Assembly: GCA_045646565.1 (NCBI GenBank)
Contig: JAZRKZ010000235.1
Coordinates: 1 to 32,859 of the forward strand
Length of the DNA: 32,859 nucleotides
Source of the DNA: Lachnospiraceae bacterium
Lineage (GTDB): Bacteria > Bacillota > Clostridia > Lachnospirales > Lachnospiraceae
Reading direction: 5' to 3'
The number at the start of each line of letters is the position of its first letter. The first letter of the stretch is position 1. Under the pieces are notes generated by a model that was not told where the DNA came from, did no database searches, and saw only the letters and a list, made by a program, of their open reading frames with translations. This document shows, piece after piece, positions 26,824 through 32,859 of the stretch. A program made the translations under genes and the position numbers.

Positions 26824-28239
26824 TTAAGTCCGATTTGATTCGGACAGAATATCCAAAATGCGTTTCCTGCAGCGGCCTCCCTGGCATCTTCCCATGCCGA
26901 CGTGGGTCCTGTGCTTGATGCCTTCAAAGTCGTGCGCTCCCCGCCGGATGGCCTCCAGTATTTCTGCGCGGCCAACTTCCATGCACCCGCACAGGATCTC
27001 ACCGTAGCCGGGATCTTTCTGTATGAGATCGGCCAGATCCTCTGTGGACAGCCCCCCCGCTCTAATCATCGCCCTGCGACGGGGGTCAAAACTTTTCCTT
27101 ATCGTGGTCCTGCCTGCGTAGGCTGCGGCTTTGTCCGCGGCAAGGCGGCCGAGTTCATCTGAAATAGTCAGACCCGGCGTCTTGATTCCGATCAAACTGA
27201 AGAAACCGTTCTCCTCCAGGATGGAGAAATCGTGGATCCGCGTGTCATCCCGGACGATCCTGCCGTCTTCCTCATGGACCATGAACATATTTGGCCTTAA
27301 GGATCCGAACGCGCGGATCTGTTTTTCTGTATCGAGTGACGGGGCTATTTCTCTGCACAGACTTTTCAGTTCCGCAAGACCGATCGAATTAACTTCATAA
27401 CCTTTCAATTGCGGGTGGTCGTCTTCGGGGTCGCGGTTGGTCGGCCCCACAAGAATGTTGCCGTCAACTGTCGGCACCAGGGTCAGCCCTTTGCCGGATT
27501 CTCCTTCATGGAAGATGATATGTTTCAGTTTCCCGTTCTCACTTGTATCGAGAACGATGTAATCCGCTGCTGTGGGATACAGCCTATAACGAGGCGCTTT
27601 GATGAGCTCTCTTACCTGATCGGAGCAAAGGCCGGCGGCGTTGACGACAGCTCCTGCAGAGTAAAGGGCATTGTCTGTCTCGACAAGGAGTCTGCCGCTT
27701 TCTTCTCTGACGGACCGCACTTCAGTGCCCATGCGGAACTCCACTCCATTATCCCTGGCATTCTCATAGGCGGCGATACACAGCTCCCAGGGGTTGACAG
27801 TGCCGGTGTTTTCTGAGTACAGCGCCGATGAGATGCCGGTGGCCAGACCCGGTTCCAGTTCCAGGGCCTCGCTGCCGGTCAAGAGCCGGAGACCCTGTAC
27901 GCCGGACTTCATGCCATCCTCGTATTTGCGGCGCATGACCCGGTCTGCCCGGGGACCATAGCTGATCATGAGGGAACCTGTTCTCTTAAATGGCACATCC
28001 AGCTGCTCTGTCAGAGCGTCGAAGGATTCATTTGCATGCACGCAGAGCCGGCTCTTTAGCGTGCCCGGCCGGTTGTCATATCCGGCGTATATGATGCCTG
28101 TATTTGCCTTGGAGATCCCCCTTGCTGCATCGCTTTCCTTCTCAAGTACAAGAATATCCATCTCGTATCTTGCAAGGTTCCTGGCCGTAAAGCATCCAAG
28201 AAGACCTGCCCCTATGACGAGCACATCAACTTTTTCCAT
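26824..28239 (-). CDS. FAD-dependent oxidoreductase (GlpA/LhgO-like) with C-terminal BFD-like [2Fe-2S] domain
   Basis: VIGAGLLG, SKANTGIIYAG, PTVDGNILVGPT, GIKTPGLT, CGC...GMGRCQGGRC; likely ATG 28239. Confidence 0.88.
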   Translation of the reverse strand: MEKVDVLVIGAGLLGCFTARNLARYEMDILVLEKESDAARGISKANTGIIYAGYDNRPGTLKSRLCVHANESFDALTEQLDVPFKRTGSLMISYGPRADRVMRRKYEDGMKSGVQGLRLLTGSEALELEPGLATGISSALYSENTGTVNPWELCIAAYENARDNGVEFRMGTEVRSVREESGRLLVETDNALYSAGAVVNAAGLCSDQVRELIKAPRYRLYPTAADYIVLDTSENGKLKHIIFHEGESGKGLTLVPTVDGNILVGPTNRDPEDDHPQLKGYEVNSIGLAELKSLCREIAPSLDTEKQIRAFGSLRPNMFMVHEEDGRIVRDDTRIHDFSILEENGFFSLIGIKTPGLTISDELGRLAADKAAAYAGRTTIRKSFDPRRRAMIRAGGLSTEDLADLIQKDPGYGEILCGCMEVGRAEILEAIRRGAHDFEGIKHRTHVGMGRCQGGRCRKRILDILSESNRT

Positions 28240-28609
28240 GCTTATGCCCTCGCGGTAAAACCTATATTCCAAAAAGTTATTTTCTATAGTTCAATATATC
28301 ATAATACGTGTGCAAATTGTATCAAATTGTTGAATCTCTGACTCAGAAATCTCGTGACGTGAGTCTATGATGAACACGCAAAGTGAAAGTCGTCTCTGAC
28401 GCAGGAGCAAGACCCGCGTCAGAGGTCGCAGCCGCACCGGCAGATACTGCCCAAAGAAAATCCGGCGAAGACAGGGGCGTCTTTGGATAATTGTGGATTG
28501 GCTCTTTCTGTGCTAAGATGACAGCAGTGGGATCTCACTGAGAGGCACCGGAGAAACAAAGAGGCAGCTATATCAACGTAAAATGTGCCGGGGAAATAAA
28601 GAGATAACA

Positions 28610-29566
28610 ATGTCAGCAATCGTCAAACTCCAGACAGAGATACTGGTCATCGGCGGAGGAGCTGCCGGAATGGCGGCAGCGGCAGGAGCGGCGGCCCAGG
28701 GGGCTTTTGTTCTGCTCGTCGATGAGCGGCCTATTCTTGGAGGAATTCTTCCGCAATGCATACATAAGGGATTTGGCCGCGGATTCTACGGGCAGGATCT
28801 GACCGGAACGGAATACTGCGAAAAGGAAGTCCGCAGATTTTCCGGATCCGGCGCGTCTTATCTCCCCTGCGCGCATGTGACAAGGATCCTGCCGGACAGG
28901 GCCGCACTCATTGTGAGCCCGGATGGATTGATTCAGTGCTCTTTCGAGCAATGTGTGCTCGCGACCGGCTGCAGGGAGAAGACGATCTACTCCCTTGAAG
29001 TCTCGGGGACAAGACCGAACGGAATTTATACGGCGGGTGAAGCTCAGGAAATGCTGAATCTTGGGCATTATGACATCGGGAAGCGTGTCGTCATTTTAGG
29101 CAGCGGGGATATCGGCCAGATCGTTGCAAGGCGGCTGACTATCATGGGCAAGACCGTTGTCGCCATGGCTGAGATGAAGGATCATCTTAGCGGGATGAAG
29201 CGGAACCACAAAGAGTGCATTGAGCGTTATCACATTCCGGTGATCCTTCGTTCGACCGTGACACGCGTGCATGGATATCCGGATCTATCCGCAGTCACGC
29301 TGCGGCATCTGGGTACCGGCGTCGAAGAAATTCTTTCATGCGATACGCTGATCACCGCGCTGGGGCTGGTGCCGGAGCTTACGGCGGCGGAATCCCTAAA
29401 AACAGAAGAGGGTTTTCCCGACTGGCTCCACCTGTGCGGGAATGCCGATTATGTCCACGAGATTGTTGACAGTGTTACGACAGATGGCCTTAGATTGGGC
29501 AGTGTATTGGGAAGATGCGCCGGAAGGATGCGGGGAGAGAATTCGACAGACGTGATCCATGAATAG
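28610..29566 (+). CDS. FAD/NAD(P)-dependent pyridine nucleotide oxidoreductase
   Basis: IGGGAAGMAAA, LGGILPQCIHKGFG, LATGCRE, VILGSGDIG, CDTL, CGNADYVHEIVD; likely ATG 28610. Confidence 0.88.
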   Translation: MSAIVKLQTEILVIGGGAAGMAAAAGAAAQGAFVLLVDERPILGGILPQCIHKGFGRGFYGQDLTGTEYCEKEVRRFSGSGASYLPCAHVTRILPDRAALIVSPDGLIQCSFEQCVLATGCREKTIYSLEVSGTRPNGIYTAGEAQEMLNLGHYDIGKRVVILGSGDIGQIVARRLTIMGKTVVAMAEMKDHLSGMKRNHKECIERYHIPVILRSTVTRVHGYPDLSAVTLRHLGTGVEEILSCDTLITALGLVPELTAAESLKTEEGFPDWLHLCGNADYVHEIVDSVTTDGLRLGSVLGRCAGRMRGENSTDVIHE

Positions 29567-29701
29567 GCGGCTTGACAGATCTTTTGACAGGATGCAGTGC
29601 TAAATTTTGACGGAAGCGACGCATAGTGACAGACTCTGAACTGTACCGAACAGAATAATAGCCTGAAATCGATGACAGACCAATATTACGGAGGTTGTAC
29701 A

Positions 29702-30379
29702 ATGAAGGAACGTTATTCACGCAGCATTCCCGCAGTGAGCGAGGAAGATATGAATAAGATTCGGCAGAGCAGAGTATTAGTGGCCGGATGCGGCGGTCTT
29801 GGCGGCTTCATTATTGAATACTTATCCCGCATGGGAGTCGGCGCTATCACGGCGGTCGACGGAGATGTGTTCTGTGAGTCGAATCTGAATCGCCAGATCC
29901 TCAGCACGGAGGATAATATGGGAACGAACAAGGCGCAGGCGGCTGCGGATCGGGTCAGGGCGGTCAACCCGGACGTCGATGTGCGTGCCGTGCCTGAGTT
30001 TTTGACAGAAAAAAACGCCGCCATACTCATGGCGGACGCGGATATAGTCATGGATGCGCTCGATAATGTCAAATCGAGACATATTCTGGAGGATGCCGCG
30101 GCGCAGGCCGGACTGGCAATCATTCACGGCGCGATCTGCGGATGGGATCTGCAGGTCATGCTCGCGGAGCCGGGAGCGGGAATGCTGCATGCTCTCTACC
30201 CGGAAGGGTCGTCCGCGGCGTTAAAGACCTCTCTGCCATTTACCCCGGCAGCATGCGCCGCGCTTCAGGCCGCAATGGCGGTCCGGTATCTGTGCGGCCG
30301 CACCTCGGATCATGACAGAGAGCTCCTTATGGGTTCTTTAAAAGACCTGAGTTTTGAATCCATACGCCTCGGAGATTGA
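29702..30379 (+). CDS. HesA/MoeB/ThiF family adenylyltransferase
   Basis: RYSR, VAGCGGLGG, DGDVFCESNLNRQ, DALDN; GGAGG RBS before ATG 29702. Confidence 0.9.
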   Translation: MKERYSRSIPAVSEEDMNKIRQSRVLVAGCGGLGGFIIEYLSRMGVGAITAVDGDVFCESNLNRQILSTEDNMGTNKAQAAADRVRAVNPDVDVRAVPEFLTEKNAAILMADADIVMDALDNVKSRHILEDAAAQAGLAIIHGAICGWDLQVMLAEPGAGMLHALYPEGSSAALKTSLPFTPAACAALQAAMAVRYLCGRTSDHDRELLMGSLKDLSFESIRLGD

Positions 30380-30538
30380 AATCTGAGGATTCACTCTGTT
30401 TTTCTGGGATAACAGTTCAAAGAGCCAGAGGCTAAATCAGTTCCGGGCAGCAAGATGGTTGCATTATGAAGAAAAGTACACGCAAGGGGGAAAGAAGTTG
30501 TTCGATAAAGAAGGTGTTGCGAGGGATCTGATATACAG

Positions 30539-31438
30539 TTATACCCCCTCTGGACCGTTTCCTTCCTGAAGATTGAAATAACCCAGAAAATGTTCCTTAA
30601 AGGCACCTGCAATCGCTGACAGGTGCTTTTCTCTTTTGAAACACACTTTTATCGATCTCACAAATCTGTCATCGGTCAGATACAGAAGCCTGATCCTCTT
30701 GTCGTTCCTGTATATTTCGGCGCTGCCCTCCGGTACGAAGCCCACGGCGATGCCGTTGGCGATCATCTGCAGGTGATTTTCACGCGAGTCTACATAGCTG
30801 GTGTGCTCCATCCGGATATTCTGCGCCAGGCAGACGTGGAAAGGATATTCATACTCTGTCTTGTGCCTCAGGAACACAAAAGAAAGACCGTCCATCATTT
30901 TGACCGGGACGGATATCCGTTCGGCCAGCGGGCTGTCTGTTCTTACGGCAAAATAATATTTTTCGGGATAGTAATCGCAGCCTTTGAACTTCCGGAATCG
31001 GATCTCGTCCGGATAGATGACCAGATCGTATGTGTTGATGTCCGGCAGCTCGGAGCTCTCGGTCAGTGTGTCGATTCTATATTCCACATCGGAATAAGCG
31101 CGCCTGAACATGGACATACACGTAAAAAGGTGGGGATTGATGCTCATGGCACAGATTCTTACGATATTGTCTCCTCCGACAGACAGGTGTCTGAGATCTT
31201 TTGTCACAGTATCCGTTTCTTCGAGAATCCTTTCACAGCTCTGGAGAAACCTCCGTCCGGCGTCGTTCAGAACGAGTTTTTTCCCGAATCTATCGAATAA
31301 TTTGATCCCAAACTCTTCTTCGAGCGCCAGAATGTTCTTAGAAACGGCCGACTGCGATGTGTGCATGAGCTCGGCGGTCTTTGTTACGTTCTCAAGCTTG
31401 GCGACGACTGCAAAATATCTGAGGTTCTGTATATTCAT
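30539..31438 (-). CDS. LysR family transcriptional regulator
   Basis: MNIQNLRYF...NVTKTAELMHTSQSAVSKNILALEEEFGIKLFDR; likely ATG 31438. Confidence 0.92.
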   Translation of the reverse strand: MNIQNLRYFAVVAKLENVTKTAELMHTSQSAVSKNILALEEEFGIKLFDRFGKKLVLNDAGRRFLQSCERILEETDTVTKDLRHLSVGGDNIVRICAMSINPHLFTCMSMFRRAYSDVEYRIDTLTESSELPDINTYDLVIYPDEIRFRKFKGCDYYPEKYYFAVRTDSPLAERISVPVKMMDGLSFVFLRHKTEYEYPFHVCLAQNIRMEHTSYVDSRENHLQMIANGIAVGFVPEGSAEIYRNDKRIRLLYLTDDRFVRSIKVCFKREKHLSAIAGAFKEHFLGYFNLQEGNGPEGV

Positions 31439-31513
31439 AGTGTCTTGATTATAGCATTCACTTATTCCAAAGAGCAATATCCAATGAAGCTTATCATATT
31501 TATTTGAGGAATA
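31439..31513. promoter_or_regulatory. Divergent promoter region with two LysR-type dyad boxes and an extended -10 for lysR
   Basis: TATT-N9-AATA at 31463-31479 and 31497-31513; minus-strand TGcTATAAT ending 9 nt before the lysR ATG. Confidence 0.6.
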
Positions 31514-31603
31514 AGAGTAAACTATAATCAGATTATAGATGGAACAGTTGCTTAGCCGGTTCAGCAAAGGAGGTGAAGGGCATAAGTATATGCCCGAAAG
31601 TTT

Positions 31604-32077
31604 ATGAAACAATTAGTGATAAAGCCGGAGAAATGTATCGGATGTCGGACTTGCGAACTGGCATGTTCATTCGAACATTTTGGCGTATTCAACCCGAAGC
31701 TGGCCAATGTTCACGTTTTTGAGTATGAGAAGGCCGCTGTAGCTATTCCCATGATGTGCCTGCAGTGCGATAACCCGTCATGTATGAAGGTATGTCCCGT
31801 CAAAGCCATCACACGTGACGAAAATAACGCGGTTGTTATCAACTACAAAAAGTGCATAGGCTGTAAGATGTGCGAAAATGCATGTCCGCTCGGAAATATC
31901 TCGTACCATCCGCTTGTCGGCAAAGTCTTCAAGTGCGATCTGTGCGGCGGAGATCCGAAGTGCGTTAAGTTCTGTCCGGGACACGCACTCGAATTTTTGG
32001 ATACAGATGCCATTCATGACAAGAGGGCTGCCGTAAGCGCTCAGTACAGAGATCTTATCGGAGAGGAGGCGCAGTAA
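31604..32077 (+). CDS. 4Fe-4S polyferredoxin (HydN/CooF/DmsB-like) partner of AOR
   Basis: [53 protein letters not shown]. Confidence 0.93.
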   Translation: MKQLVIKPEKCIGCRTCELACSFEHFGVFNPKLANVHVFEYEKAAVAIPMMCLQCDNPSCMKVCPVKAITRDENNAVVINYKKCIGCKMCENACPLGNISYHPLVGKVFKCDLCGGDPKCVKFCPGHALEFLDTDAIHDKRAAVSAQYRDLIGEEAQ

Positions 32078-32859
32078 TGAATAACGGATATATCGGAACA
32101 ATACTTCGTGTCAACCTTGACACAGGTAAAATTGTGAAGGAGCCCCTGAACGATAAAAACGCGAAGGACTTTGTCGGAGCCAGAGGCCTCGGCACAAAAT
32201 ACTTCTGCGATGAATGCGATCCCAAGTGTGATCCGCTGGGGCATGACAACAATCTTATTTTTATGACGGGACCTTTGACAGGTACATTTGCGACATCTTC
32301 GGGACGGTACAATGTCATTTGCAAATCCCCCCTTACCGGGACGATCGAAGCTTCCAACTCAGGCGGACATTTTGGTCCGGAACTGAAATATGCAGGATAT
32401 GACGGCATTATCTTCGAAGGCGTATCCGAGAAACCTGTCTATCTCTATATCAATGATGACTTTGTCGAGCTGCGTGACGCGTCCGCGATCTGGGGATCGG
32501 ACGTATTCGAAGCTACGGAAGCGCTCTACGCTGAATGCGGTGAGAATTTCCGTGTAGCCACGATCTCAAAGGCTGCCGAGGAAGGCGTGCTTTTCGCAGG
32601 TATCATGAACGACAAGCACCGCGCAGCCGGAAGAGGCGGCACAGGTGCGGTCATGGGCTCCAAAAAACTTAAAGCGATTGCCGTTAAGGGAACGAAGTCG
32701 ATCAAGGTGGCTCATCCTGAAGCATTTTTCAAGGTCTGCGCGGATGCCAGAGCCCAGCTTGCGGCTCATCCGGTCACAGGCACCGGTCTCGGACAGCTGG
32801 GCACCATGATCCTGGTCAATATTGTCAACAGTGTCGGCGGACTTCCGGTCAACAACGGA
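32077..32859 (+). CDS. aor: Tungsten-dependent aldehyde:ferredoxin oxidoreductase family protein (3' end outside window; absent from ORF track)
   Basis: Manual translation: [14 protein letters not shown]...GARGLG...TGPLTG...[26 protein letters not shown]...[20 protein letters not shown]; TAATG overlap with the upstream gene. Confidence 0.93.
   Translation, partial: MNNGYIGTILRVNLDTGKIVKEPLNDKNAKDFVGARGLGTKYFCDECDPKCDPLGHDNNLIFMTGPLTGTFATSSGRYNVICKSPLTGTIEASNSGGHFGPELKYAGYDGIIFEGVSEKPVYLYINDDFVELRDASAIWGSDVFEATEALYAECGENFRVATISKAAEEGVLFAGIMNDKHRAAGRGGTGAVMGSKKLKAIAVKGTKSIKVAHPEAFFKVCADARAQLAAHPVTGTGLGQLGTMILVNIVNSVGGLPVNNG

Noticed and set aside
29544-29680. Scattered (T)GACAG repeats upstream of the moeB-like gene
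   Set aside because: Short and irregularly spaced; cannot be separated from chance or from -35-like elements.

Overview
This looks like Firmicutes (Clostridia/Lachnospiraceae-like) chromosomal DNA, judged from gene content and RBS style. (1) 1-1199: left part of an IS21-family element with istA and its repeat-rich end. (2) 1.3-11.3 kb: a same-strand run of unrelated accessory genes (498-aa orphan, HD hydrolase, lipoprotein, peptidoglycan-binding protein, GNAT, NanE-GNAT fusion, frameshifted membrane gene, DUF1349-like, Nudix, membrane protein, SDR) containing three collinear duplicated scars. (3) 11.3-16.7 kb: PhoR/PhoP-like pair plus Na+/Pi cotransporter, divergent from an ACT-ACT-metallo-beta-lactamase-fold gene. 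(4) 16.7-20.4 kb: an operon of a CbiK-like protein missing one catalytic His, a pyruvate formate-lyase with an in-frame internal deletion that removes the catalytic Cys-Cys but keeps the glycyl-radical loop, and an intact PflA, followed by a flavodoxin relic. (5) 21.4-32.9 kb: a tungsten cofactor/aldehyde:ferredoxin oxidoreductase cluster (tupABC, two moeA, moeB-like, LysR, polyferredoxin, aor running off the edge) with a divergent pair of flavo-oxidoreductases inside it. No rRNA, tRNA or CRISPR array was seen. All family calls come from motif recognition, not database searches.
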